A stretch of 64,000 nt of DNA from Marsupella aquatica (lineage: Eukaryota > Plantae > Marchantiophyta): assembly GCA_973895155.1 (NCBI GenBank), contig OZ316893.1:16460645-16524644 (forward strand), in the 5' to 3' direction. A program made the position numbers and the translations under genes. Shown here one piece after another: positions 1-12,136 of this stretch (the stretch's first letter is position 1; every line of letters starts with the position of its first letter). The notes beneath the pieces are model-generated. The model ran no database searches. It was not told where the DNA came from and saw only the letters and a list, made by a program, of their open reading frames with translations.

Positions 1-2
1 TT

Positions 3-188
3 GATGGTGTTCCCCATGCCCATCTCTATGCAGGGAAAAGGGTCAAGTTTTTCAAAAGGAGAGATCAATTTGTTGATGACACCTTTTTGGAGGAAGATAC
101 TAGTGTTGTGCTAGATGATGAGAATGATTTTGAGGGTGATGAAAGTGATTCATCTAACGGTAAAGGTGATAGTGATGATGGAGATTGA
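3..188 (+). pseudogene. 3' end of Ty3/Gypsy pol (integrase C-terminus, acidic tail), truncated by the window start
   Basis: Frame 3 reads DGVPHAHLYAGKRVKFFKRR plus an acidic tail to TGA at 186-188. It is followed by purine-rich aagggtgga and an LTR start. Confidence 0.6.
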
Positions 189-239
189 CATTTGCGGTGT
201 GGAGCAGGCCAGAGGCTGCTCAGGTTTGGTAAGGGTGGA

Positions 240-2475
240 TGTCATGAGGTTTCCATCCTAAAGGAGGAATCCTCATGTTTTGTGAAGGAAGTTGAAACCA
301 ATTTTTGCTTCTAACTTGGGCAAGTTGACTTGACTTGAGCTAACTTGACCAATGTGAAGGAGGAAGTAGAGTTATGAGGGTCAAGGTAGGGATGAGGTCG
401 AGCCTACCCACCCTTGTTACTATTGTGGGGTATGTTTTTCATTTGTGACCAGCGATTAAGTTATCATTTGGCGGATTGGCGGAATGGAAGTTGCTTGCTC
501 AACAAGCAAGGTATCTAGGGTTTTGGCGACATGGTGACCAGGTTCATTGAATACATGGAGGAGGTGACCAGGTTCAAGGCATGTAAGAGGGTTTGGTCCA
601 AGTGCATCAGTTTTGTGAGATATGGACCAGATTCCTAGTTTTGTGAAATAAGGACTAGATTCATTGAACCTACATCAACGGTGGATCTTGGTTGAGTCAA
701 TGGATGAATGGATAGGATTGAGGATGAGGACGTGCCTTAGGGTTTGGAGGAGGTCGAGGTTTTTTCGAAAGTGCGAAGCCTCATTTGGTTACAAAGTTAC
801 AAAGGATGGTATTTTGGCTCATTTTTGACCCTTAGATCTTTTTGATGGATGATCAAGGGCTGAAAATTGTCGAGGACTTAAACCATAAGTGGAGGGCTTG
901 TGCCTTGCCCCAGGCCTTCCCACGAGAGTACTAAAGAGGAGAGTTCGAAGGGTGGGCTCTCTCTCACACTGTGATGCTGCTAAAGTGTTGCCGCTTTTGG
1001 CAGTTTTTGAGTCTTTGAGTAAGTTTTGAATAGGTAGGAGCGAACCTCTTGAGGGGAGCTCAAGCATGAGGCATGAGTGAAGGGGGAGCCCTCCTCCTTG
1101 GCCATGGCCTTAGGATTTTGAGGGTAGGAGATGTAGAGGCAATTTTGTGAAGAGATAGATGGAGTAGAAGCTTTGAATGTGAAGAGATTGAGTTTTGTGA
1201 CAATTTTTCTAAGGATTTGGAGAGAGGTTTCGAATGTAGGAGAGGCTGACTCGAAGCCTTAGGAAGGAGGTAGGATGTGAGTAGGAAGTATAAGGAGCTT
1301 GCATGAGAGATTGCCCACAAGATGGCATACTCGAATGTAGGTTTGTTGCTTCAAGTTTTGAGGAGAATGGACTTGTAGGAGATTTTCGAAAGCTTAGAGG
1401 AGATGTGACCTAATCTTGTTGAAGCTTGGGAGTCTTGCATTAGAGATGGCTCACTAAGAAGGCCTACTCTCTTGTAAACTCCTTGACTTGAAGCTTCGAA
1501 AGTAGATTTGGTTGAAAGAAGGAAGTATGAGAGAAGGAGACTAGGGTTTTGAAGCTTGGATAGGCTATGGAGGGATTTTGAATGCTTGGTTGATGATTAG
1601 ACTTGGTGATGATTCATTTTTGCTAGGAGGGTCTTGCTTGTGACCCATGTTTTTACTTGGAGGCCATGATGCTACATGTGCCTTCTTGCTATGCATTTAG
1701 AGGAGAGGTATCCTCGTTTTTGAGATGTGTGTTGATGCCTTGCTTTGGCTATGAGTGATGGAATGGTTAGAATGAATGTCTTCATGCCATTTTCGAATGT
1801 TGTTGTGAGCTTGAAGGTGTTTTTGAAAGTAGATGGGTTGAATGAAGGTACTTTCGAAAGTAGTTATTATGCATGAGGGAAGTTGCAAGAGTAAAGAGTG
1901 AAGGCATTTTCGATTGATGGAATGGGTAATTTGTGGATTATACTTGGTGGTTCTACTAGAGGAAGGGACCAAGGTCAATTCCATGTTTGTTAAGGAGTTT
2001 GTTGACCAACCCTAGGTCACTTTTCGAAAGTAGTTTCCCATGTTTTGAAAGTTGGATGTTTGAATGGTGCATAGAGATGCCTTGCATACCTTTGGATGTC
2101 CCACTTGTCTTAGCCACAACCAAGAGTGACCCTTAACTTGACCACATTGATGTATGCTTGAACTTGTGTACCTTAGAGGGTTGCAAGGGATTGTGTGCAA
2201 TCAAGTGTTGGAAAAGGAATGGTGACCAATTGAATGTTGGGCTTAGACTTGTGAGGATTACATTGGGAAGCTTGAACTAGTTATTTTGATTGTGATTGGA
2301 TATGAGTATGTAAATGGCTTGAGTTTCGAAAGCATGCTTGCTTGCTTGTGATGATGTGGATGAAAGGTTAGGGTAGATACTTTGTCTTGTTTGAAACCGT
2401 TTCCTATCTCAAGCAGCCATACACCCTGCGTGTCCCTTGAGGCCCTTTCCCACCTCTTTGCTTATCCTCAGGACA
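240..2475 (+). repeat. Gypsy LTR (family T, 2236 bp)
   Basis: Starts TGTCATGAGG and ends CCTCAGGACA (9/10 inverted termini). Preceded by a PPT-like tract and followed by a PBS. Confidence 0.75.
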
Positions 2476-2945
2476 AGTTGGCGACCATACTGGTGATAAT
2501 AGGTCTTGAGGCTTGAGATAGTAGCTATATTGTGAATTCTACTAACCATTATGCTAACAAGTTGCTAACCCTAATGTGGGATCTGGTTGCTTGTATGCAC
2601 TTTTATTAAGATTCAGAAGTTGGGATGATTGAACTATGAATAGATTTGCCTTGCTTGCCATTGGGTGTTCCACTTGCCTTGACAACAAACGAGGGTGACC
2701 CTGAACTTGACCACAAACGAATGTAAACCTGAACTTGTGCGCCTTCATTGGTAGCAAGGGATTGTGAGCAATCAAGTGCTGGAAAAGGGATGATGATCAA
2801 TCAAACGTTGGACTTGGGCTTGTGGGCATTCCATTGGGAATCTTGAACTAGATATTTTGGTATGAGAGAAGAGGTTGTATGTATTACTCCTTGATTGTGA
2901 AGTCTGGCCGATGGCTTTCAAGTATGCAGTTGGACTTGCCCTCCC
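2050..2945 (+). repeat. Diverged ~300-bp direct repeat (~2050-2345 and ~2617-2945)
   Basis: Shared blocks, e.g. gcaagggattgtg(t/a)gcaatcaagtg(t/c)tggaaaagg and cattgggaa(g/t)cttgaactag. Confidence 0.7.
2479..2496 (+). promoter_or_regulatory. Primer binding site (tRNA-Arg-like, Tat/Ogre-type)
   Basis: TGGCGACCATACTGGTGA lies 3 nt after the LTR end and resembles the TGGCGACTCCACTGGGGA-type PBS. Confidence 0.6.
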
Positions 2946-3532
2946 TTTGGGTTGCATGTTCCAGCATTATTGTGGTACTTGGAGTAATCTGAGCTAAGAT
3001 TGAGCATATTAAGGAGTAACTTGTCCATTGAGTGTATGAAAAAATGCTCTTTGTTTGATGGATTCTTGTTTGAGATACCCATGAGGAGATGCAGGTTCGA
3101 AAGTGGGACAAAATGGAGGCCAAAACCAGGTAGGAGGTCTTACTTTTTCCCTAGTTATTGTTATTTCGAATTATGATTGATGATTGTTGATGAAACCTGA
3201 GTTTGATACCCTAGAGCATGGAGAAAGTGATGTTTATGTTGTGTTTTTGAGAAGAGTGATTCAAAATCAGGTAAGAGCTCTTACTCTTGCCTTGGATGAG
3301 GTGTTCCTTGTTTCAATGCTTGTCGATCATTGCAAGCCTTGTGTTGTTGCTTGAAAGTTATGATGATGAAGATATATGAATGATTTGCTATTGGGAAGGG
3401 TCCTTGGCTGTTGTGGGGTGTTTGACCAGTCAAAAGGGTGGCATAGGGAGGTTATAGGAAGAGGATTCAGCCCGTGAGTTGTTAGGTCTTCCATAACTCG
3501 TATAGCTATCAAGAGACTAGACAGGAGCTACA

Positions 3533-4303
3533 ATGGCAAATGAAGAGGAGCCCACTAGTGGGTCAGTTAATATGAGGAGTGTTCAGGAGCTTTCTGATCT
3601 TTTCATAGCTATTCAATCAGCTTTAAGAAGGGATGAGAGTAGAAGAGAGGATGTTGGTAGAAGGGAAAAGAATGAAAAGGTTCTAGAGGATAGGGTTACT
3701 AAGTGTCTACAAGCTGTCCTTTCTAGTGAAGGAGAGTTCAAGGGCAAAGATGTAACCAGGTATTTGAGAGTATATTGGAGACAAGTTGAGGTTTTTAAAA
3801 TTGACCAAGCTACTGCTGTTTTGGAGTTTTCAACTCTTGTTGAGCCTGAGTTGAAGGATGTGGTTTCAAGGCTAGGGTTTGGCCTTGAAGAGGAGAATGA
3901 GTGGGAAGAGTTTGTTAAGAAGATGAAGCATCGATTTTTGATGTCTGATTCTGAGAGGATGACTGAGGGTACCTTTTTGGACTGGATTCGTGAGAGGAAC
4001 AAGGGGTTGGGGCCAGAGGAGCTTCTCTTGGAATTCAAGAGAAAACTTGGACAATTGCCTTCTACTGACCTTGAATTCCTTTCCCTGCAAAAGGTGTCCC
4101 TATTTTTGCGTTCAGCTGATAAGAGGCTTAGGGATGAACTTGAGTATGCAATTGACATTGTTAACCCTCGTAGAAGGTCTAAGGTAGATTGGAGTCATGT
4201 GGAAGAAGCTGTAGAGATCATTTCTGAGAGGCAAAGAGATAGAGCCTTGGATGATGAGGCTGTTGCAAAGCCAACAGCTGCTCCATCTAAGGCAGGTAAG
4301 GGG
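3533..4303 (+). pseudogene. gag: Gypsy gag, truncated at the junction with element A LTR
   Basis: ORF 3533-4513 lies downstream of the PBS with a capsid-like FKGKDVTRYL...W..F pattern. From 4304 the sequence is LTR-A DNA, so the ORF C-terminus is chimeric. Confidence 0.7.
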
Positions 4304-4536
4304 AACTTAAGGAAGCGGCCACTGACACGCGCTGACTCAGACCGGCGGAGTGGCCGGCACACCACAAGCGTGAGCGGTTCAGCCTATGGGCGTCGAGGAG
4401 ACATCGGGGGATCGACAAGCCCTCAAGGTATAAAAGGGGAGCCAACCCTTTGTAGTGCACCAGTCCATCAGTCCACGCGCCAGCTTCGACCCCAGCTCTC
4501 TCGTTCGCTCTAAGTCACCACTACTATCTCCTCTGA

Positions 4537-6593
4537 ATGTCGCACACGATCCTCTCCAGCTCGGCCATTCGATTCTGGACGCAGTTCCTATCTACCGGAA
4601 GGCACTTGGCCGACTCATTGAAACACGCCAACCCGCGCTGATACGAAATCGAACGCGAGTACGAGAGAGCCATCCGCCTAGCAGGACGACACCACTACAT
4701 CCTTAACTTTGACTACCCGTCTCAGAGCGAGCTTTACCGACCAGCACAGGTATCCGGGTACTTCTTCAACGGAGACAAATATATCGGGTTCTGGGAAGCA
4801 TTGCTTTGGCTTCCGGACGAGGATCCGGGTTACCGTTGGCCACGGTAGTCGTGGCCAAGGTGACGATGCACCGCATGGGGGAAAACGTTCACAAAAACAT
4901 CCTCCATCCCAAGCATGCGGTGTACCTGAAGACTCAGGGATTCGAGCACCTCGCCTCCCTCCCCTGGAACACTTGCAGGTACTACGGGGAGGACATGACG
5001 GAGTTCGTCAAGAATTATGACGACGAGCATCAACATACTCGGCTGTGGGGAAGGAGTATGTCCCTCACGGAAGAACGGCTCAGGATGATCTTCGGGTTAC
5101 CTGAAGGTGACCATCGAGTCGAATCACGGGCTCCCGGGGGCAAGGGAGCCAAGTACCAATCTTCAAGTTTTCCCTCAGAGGGAGCAGTGGACAACGGGTT
5201 CGTGATGAAGACCTGCCTCATCCCCGAGATAGCTGAGCGACTGGAGTTCCAGAGGTACGCCCTCCACATGATGGAACCCCGGGGGGAGATCTCCGCCGCC
5301 CAGGTTATCCAGGTCGAGAACTATCGACCTAGGAGGTGGGCATCGTACTTTGCTAAGAAATTCCATGAAGAGATGGAGCGGCGAAGGAAGACGCTGTACA
5401 TTGGCGGGAAGGCATATTTCGCTAGCCACATCGAGATCATTCTTGAGTGGTACGCCCGGTTTGATCGACAAACCCTTCCCCGTGTCAACGTTACAAAGTT
5501 GGTCCCAGCTAGGTGGGTTTTCCCGGCCTTGGAGAGACGGCCCCAACCCGAGGCCCGAAGTCCAGCAGACACGCCAGCTTCACCCACCCCACCTCCACAA
5601 GTAGCTATAGTCATAACCGAGGAGGTACCGGATGGGTCGGGTGTCGCAACCGTTGATGCGACCCAACAGGCCGGGCTAAGTACAGAAGTCGGTACGGCGG
5701 AGGTCTTACCCGAGCCCGGTTCTCCCAAAGACCCACCGGTGGCTATTCTGGAGAACCGGACATTGCTACAGGAGGATGCTTCAGCCCCTTCCAATGTTAC
5801 GTCCCCAGGGCTGGACGTCACTGCCCCAGCCCCCGCACGTGTTGACGTCTGCCCGTGCCCAACTCCGGACAGGCACAACCTGGACCACCCGGAACTCTTC
5901 GTACCGGGTACATTTCTGAAAGGGCTTCTGGGAGATTTCTCTCATCAAATTGCCCGGGATACCGGGGAGTTCATGGCCCGGAAGGTAGCCTATTTCTTCA
6001 ATCAGGAGTTGGTTGCCACAGTAAAGGCAGGTCGGGCCCAGTCAGAGGCCCTTCAGAGGATAGAGCGGTACTCGGTGGAGTCCGTGTACCTAAAGAACGA
6101 AGTTGCAGCTCAAGAGGCTGAGCTTTGGCAACTACGACCCAAGATTGCAGCCGCCGATGAGTTGTTAGCAAAGGCGCACACTCTTACCGCCCTTGTCAAA
6201 CAGGCCAAAGCTAGGAACGAGGCCGAGATTACACGACTCCAGAACCAGATTGACAGTTTGAAGAATCAAACTGTCACCTGGCAGAAAGACCTGGAGGAGG
6301 CCGAGGAACGGGCCCAACGGGACACGGCGGAGATAGCCACGCTGCAGGCCGAGGTGGCGCGGCTCCAAACCGAGGCCGAGAAGCAGGACCAGCTGGCGGG
6401 TAAACTGACAAGTGACGCCCAGCAGTTGGAGGAGGCTTGTCTAGAGGCAGCAGAGGAGACGGACGCGGCGAGGCGAGAGAACGAATCTCTACTGGACCAG
6501 GTCCAGCTCCTCAAGGCGGACAATGACAGGCTTCGAAGGCAGCGGGATGGCCGCTCCCATTCAGGCGGCTCTGGCAAGCGTGCCAGGCATTAG
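4537..6593 (+). pseudogene. LTR-A accessory ORF, 5'-LTR copy (plant-transposon-protein-like domain plus coiled coil)
   Basis: ATG at 4537, an early TGA and a frameshifting deletion at 4822/4823. The 3' part is open (ORF 4806-6593) and near-identical to 19440-21210. Confidence 0.8.
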
Positions 6594-7665
6594 CGGCGGA
6601 GTAGGAATAGATTAGGATTAGGACTAGCTTAGTCAGGCTCTTGGGATAGGCACCTGCCTTAGGTACAGCATCGCTGCCATGCTGTCCAGCCTGCGTAGAT
6701 TAGGATCTTCTAATAAGACACAGCCGTTTCCGGCCTGACTATCAGCTTAGTTAGGACCTTAGTCAGTGAATCTTCGGCGAGAGGACACCCCGTCCCTCGG
6801 CCCTTAGTATTTAGTGCACCCCTTGGTAGAGGCAGGGGTGGGTTTTAGTTGCAGAGTTGGGCGTCCGCGGTATGTGCGGGGAGTCCCGACCTCTGGGAAT
6901 GAAAGAGTACCAAGGGGAGGGGGTAGGACTAAGCTCGCCGGGTGAGTGTGGAGCCGGGCTCCATTGTAGTGTGCACCCTCAGCCTTGAACCTGTTCATTC
7001 CGGGGCTGTCGGGTCAACTAAGTGTACGCATATGTTCTCTTTGTAATAAAATCCTTTCCCATCATTTTCCTTTGTGTAAATCGAGATTGTATGCATGTGC
7101 GCGTGTATGTGTGTGGGTTTCTCGTATATGGGTGGCAGCGCCAGGCCGAACGCACTACCCAAGACGTGCACAGGGTGCAGCCTGCGGGTAAGTGGTTGCG
7201 AGCACGGGTTGAGGACCTGTATCATCGAATCCGAATCAAAGGCGGACAGCACGAAGGCTTAGAAGCCCTTAAGCCGGGGTCGATCCTGCTATCGACTAAG
7301 GTACGTTCTGACGGCGGAACACAAACCATACCTAGGAGGTGTCCGTATTTAGCAATATGCGCACTTAGCGCTAGTTTACGAGAATAAGGTGCATTACGTG
7401 TAATAGCTGTCTAAATTAGAAACTTAGAAATAATGAAAAACTTTTAAAAATTTTGTAGTTAGAAATAGATTAAACATAGCCAATTAATCTACTTTTAGAT
7501 ATAAGTAAGGTTAAGACTTAAGTTAGTCGGATTAATGGATAATATCCTGAGTAATTAGGTAGGGGTGAGACGAGCCAGAAGAAACTACTATCGATGTTCT
7601 CGAAGCACGGAAGGAAGATTGGTGCTGCCGCGTTTGACTGTGAGTTACACAGAGCGTATCGGTGT

Positions 7666-7753
7666 AAAGGCGCAACGGCGCTTTGGAGCAAAAGTGCAAC
7701 GACGTATTGGCAGAAAAGCGCAACAGCGCAATGGAGCAAAGGCGCAACAGCGG
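7666..7753 (+). repeat. 24-bp-period tandem repeat (AAAGGCGCAACGGCGC-like) x4; the motif recurs at 10625-10676 and ~50320
   Basis: aaaggcgcaacggcgc / aaaagtgcaacgacgt / aaaagcgcaacagcgc / aaaggcgcaacagcgg. Confidence 0.7.
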
Positions 7754-7814
7754 ATCACTTGGCATTGCTCTCTTCGGATCGATAGTTGGCGACAACGCCT
7801 TGTTTCTTGTTGCT

Positions 7815-10435
7815 ATGGCAGACAAAGGAGGAGAGATGACTGCGAGAGGAGTTCCTCTACCTAAGGCCGTCCCTATGACATACCCTACGATGAAAAGAAG
7901 CTTGCACGTTTTGAAGGAAGCACTGGCGGTCATGCACCTGAGTAAATTACTCACTCTGCCTTGGTCTGCAACTTCATTGAGTTTTCTGAAGGATTTCAGT
8001 GATGGGGCACGAATCGAAGTCGGTATGGTGGGAACTGCTCGGGCGAATCCAGAATTCTAGACTCTGCAATTTGTTGCTGATGCTTTCGACTGTCCTGCCA
8101 AAGGCGACAGCTTACACTCACGACAAGGAGAGACTGCGAGGCCTTATTTTTCTGGAACTCGAAACGTTCACCATGGATGGAAAATGGACCAGTGCACCGA
8201 TTATACTCTCAAAATCATTTTGGAATTTTTGATTCCAATTCTCCATCCCATCCGGCCACATATGATACCTATGTCACTTGCCAATACTATTGTGGCAAGT
8301 TGGAAGGGAGTTGCTCAGATAAATTGGGCCTTGTTGCTAAGACAGGTTATTTTATCTCAAGTAAAGAAGGTGAAAATGGACGAGTTCACTACTCTCCCTT
8401 CTTATCTTTGCCAGTTGTACTTTCATGGGAATTGCTTACTTCCAGGCGAACAAGAGGAGCGGACCAGACTGCTTGATGAATTTAATCTTAGTGAATCAGG
8501 AGACGAGGATACTGAAGGAGAAGATGCTGATGAAGTCCAACCGGAGGTTCCCCCACCTATCTGTTCAGAGGTTACCCCTCTTACCCATAGAGAACCACTT
8601 GTGGAACCCAGAAGCACCTCTTCACCAGTTCCTGATAACCCACTATCCCCTTTCGAAAATCTCAATCAGGATAGAAGACTTTACACCCCCCTCAATTCCA
8701 ATCTTGATGAGTATACATCCGAGCCAGAACCAGTAGAAACGTCTCCACCTTCTGTACCTGTAGTTGACATATCTATCCCTAATACTCTTCGATCACCCAC
8801 AGTCCCAACTCAGAATTTATCTGTAGATAGCTTGACCCCTTCTATGAGATCCGTAAGAGACCCTTCATGTTCAGCAAACCAACGGCTGATGAACTGAGAG
8901 TAGAATCTAATCAGCAAATTATTGATAAGTTAAGCAACTTATTGATCTGTGAACCTGAGGAGATAGTTGACTCTGTTGAGAGGTTAAGAGCAGCCTCTGT
9001 AACTCTGCCTGAACCTAGTAGTCCCGACTCTCTATACTCTCCAACCCAAGGTCCGACTCAGTTCTATCCCGAAGTGATGGAGCTATTTCGACCCACCTCC
9101 AATATTAGGGTTACAAATATTGCTGAAGCTGAACCAATGGAGGAAAATGATGCATCACCCAGGTTAGAGCTCCAACAGACACTATCTGCTTCCCCAGGTC
9201 ACTCTGCTGAACACTATCCTACTCTTATTAATAAAATGACTGACATGCTGGAGTGTGATGAGAGACACTTAATTGATGTCTTGGATGATCTTTTGCATAA
9301 GACATCAGCTTTACTTACCCGAGATCATCATCGAGAATATTGTGAGGATTTAGTCCATAGGCTTACACAGATTTTCGGATGCAACCCGAAGCAAGTCTAT
9401 TTTGCCGTCCGTTATCATACCTCAGCCTCTGGCTCTCCCATTTACTATTCTTCCCCTTCTTCCAGTCATTCACCCACCTCTCCTTACAGTCCTTCGAATC
9501 AACCAGACCAACTCTATCCTAGTTTTCCAGAACCTGAGATCACCCCTACAGGTGAACATCTTGCCACTTCTTATCCTGACACCCTTCCACCAGGTCAAGA
9601 TAAATCCTGTCAGGTTAATTTCATCCCTACACTGCATATTGACCCTAAGACCCCTCAGGAGAATATTACACAATTTGCTGAGTTTGTCAGAGTTTTAGAC
9701 CTTAGAACTCCTCCCATTTTAGAGTTTTGGCAATACTATCATAAGAAGAGAGTTGAATGTCTCTATATCCTGAAGCTTCATTTGAAGGATGTCACCCGCC
9801 TAGAGATAGCAGAGATGGATGAGATCTGGACAGAGGCTAAATATTTTCGCCCTATTCTTGCTGTCCTAATCCTAGTTGGACACATTGTATTGGAGAATGG
9901 AGATCTGGCCTTGGCATACTTCGGGAACTTACCTGCCTATGTCTTGGAATTCATCATCAACTTTTTGAGACAAACCAACAAACGATATCAGGTCAACCAT
10001 GGTGTCCTACCAGAGAAACCCTTTATTGTTCAACAATTTATATCACCAGTTGCTGAGAGTCAGAGAATCTGGAACAACATCACTTCCCAGCGATTGGCTG
10101 ATTACACCTTGAAGTGGCGGGAACTGTTACCTCGTGTCACCCCACTGCTATCACTTGCCAAGGACTCTGACACCTTCATCAACAAGTTTCCACGCAACCA
10201 CCATACTACTTGTTGTAGTTATGATTTGGTTGGCATCTATATGCAAGCTAGCAAGGTGAACACTATGTTTCACAGAAGACTACTCCCCATTCTAAATGCT
10301 GAACGACAAATCAGATCTCTTCCATTTGCTCGACATGATACACAGGCTATGGATTTCCTTCGAGAGGCGATTCAAACCGAGACATTCAGGAGTTTTCAAC
10401 AACCGGACCAGACAGCACTACTCCAACAAGATTAG
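7815..10435 (+). pseudogene. LTR-B accessory ORF (~870 codons; one stop, one frameshift)
   Basis: ATG 7815 is in frame with ORF 8184-8897 across TAG 8058-8060, then shifts into ORF 8867-10435. N-terminal domain LLTLPW...HGWKMDQC...LEFLIPILHP...NWA, followed by a P/S-rich linker and helical repeats. Confidence 0.7.
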
Positions 10436-12025
10436 TTCTCCTACAACAATAGTTAAGATCAGTCAATCTCTGCAATTTTAGTTAAATAGCTCAAGTAGTT
10501 AGAAAAGTCCCATACTTTTCCAGGAGGTAGTCCTTATGTAGCAGACCCTCCCCTGAAAGTATCGACTTAAACCGACATGTAGTTTAGAATATATGGCATT
10601 TTTAGTTTTGCTTAAGCGTAATTGCGCAAAGGCGCAACGGCGCTAGTGCTCCAAAGCGCAAAGGCGCAACGGCGCCTCCAACACTTAGAAAATTTTCCGG
10701 AAGAGTATATTTTATATCCGACAGCACTTTTCACCGATTTTATTAAGGCACTTAGACACCTCATAAAAGTCTAAAATTTTGCCAGCATGTAGCATGTATA
10801 TAAATCTTCCACCTAGGAAAGTTTCACCCCATTTTGACTTTTATGTTAGAAATTAAAATTCAGATAAACTCACTATTTATTAGTTTTACCACAAAAGTGC
10901 AAAAAACACTTTTACTCCAGTTTACACTAGGGATAACTTTTGGTTAGTTTTTCATTCCAACAACATTCTAGTGAACCTTGAGTACTCTTATAGCATATTT
11001 TCATACTTTTTACTTTAGTTTATGACCCTTAAGATATGAAAGGGCATGTCCTTTCATTATCTCTTTTCCCCTTTAGTTCCTGCCACCCTATATGTAGTTG
11101 AATTTATGTCACTTTTAGTGTGAAGAAATTTCATGAGCGCTCAGTTGCAAGATTGCAACTTTGTTACCTCCATTTGTAGCAAGCACTCCATTGCATATGA
11201 GTACTTAATACAAAGAAATTCTTTCCCCTTCAAGTCTAAAGGAATGAGAAGTTTGGACCCTTGAAGTAAAATTATTGTGATTGTTAAATCTTTTGAGTAT
11301 GTGGAAATAGATTCCTTGCTGGTGATGTTTCACATATTCCTTAGTTCTTGATGCATAGTTTTTGACGTGACATTGCTTGTGCACGGGATGTAAAGATTGT
11401 TACTTATCAATTACTTATGGCTTCAAATTTGATCATGATGGTGTCTCTTATTTGTGACACAAAGTACCGATTGGATACAGAAGTGATTGATTACTAGTCT
11501 CCACTCAGTACCTTGGAAGGAAAAGTTGAGACATGTTGACGGCATTTTAGTAATCATCCTAGTACCGTAATCCTTTCTAGAAATGTTCTTGCAGATATAC
11601 CACCTAAATCATATCAAATGAAGTTATGTTGAGGAGTCACCTTGGTTGTTTCCTAACTCCCTCACCATACCTCAAGATTTTCATTGTGTTTTATTAATTG
11701 TTTCCATTTGTTAATTTTATTTACAATGTCAAGCAGACATTTAAAACTATGCCTTGCTGAGCAACCATAGTAAAAGGCTCAACCTTTGTGTTTCTGTTAC
11801 CTTATTCATTCATAAGTGCTAAATCATAGAAAATCATTCCTTACATGTTCTTCCATGGGAACGAATACCGAGTTTTGGATCTTAAATGTTTATTTCTGTC
11901 CTTAGTGTGATACTACATTACGTGCTTCCCTTCCTGCCCGAACCCTCAGATTTACGAGGGATGTGCCCGTCTAAGCTGAAGTCTGAGTTAAGGCCGCAGC
12001 CGATGACGTGACATAGCCTTTGTTT

Positions 12026-12043
12026 TGGCGCTAGATGGAGGGG
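12026..12043 (+). promoter_or_regulatory. PBS of element A (tRNA-Asn-like)
   Basis: TGGCGCTAGATGGAGGGG resembles the TGGCGCTAGAAGG-type PBS and lies 12 nt after the LTR end. Confidence 0.65.
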
Positions 12044-12136
12044 GCACTCTACATATCGTAGAGGGGAGACATGTGCGTATTCACTTGGGCAGGATACATC
12101 AGGACGTAGTACTAACCATCGCATTTATATGAGTAA

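Larger units (their letters stand above)
7399..11917 (+). mobile_element. Solo LTR, family B, long form (4519 bp), inserted in the 5' LTR of element A
   Basis: Termini TGTAATA...TACTACA; 5-bp TSD TTACG at 7394-7398 and 11918-11922. The last 1.5 kb is near-identical to 50100-51577. Confidence 0.92.
4304..12013 (+). repeat. 5' LTR of element A (5'-truncated, 586-bp internal deletion at 4822/4823, interrupted by solo LTR-B1)
   Basis: 4304-7398 plus 11923-12013 are near-identical to 18335-22105. Ends GACGTGACA at 12013. Confidence 0.92.

Noticed and set aside
819-3512. Short minus-strand ORFs here and antisense ORFs throughout the track
   Set aside because: They are shadows of strand-biased LTR DNA or of real genes on the opposite strand.
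3533-4513. Intact 326-aa gene
   Set aside because: It is a chimera of truncated gag and LTR-A DNA from 4304.
12026-12043. tRNA gene
   Set aside because: Only an ~18-nt complement of a tRNA 3' end (PBS), with no cloverleaf. The same applies to 2479 and 37933.
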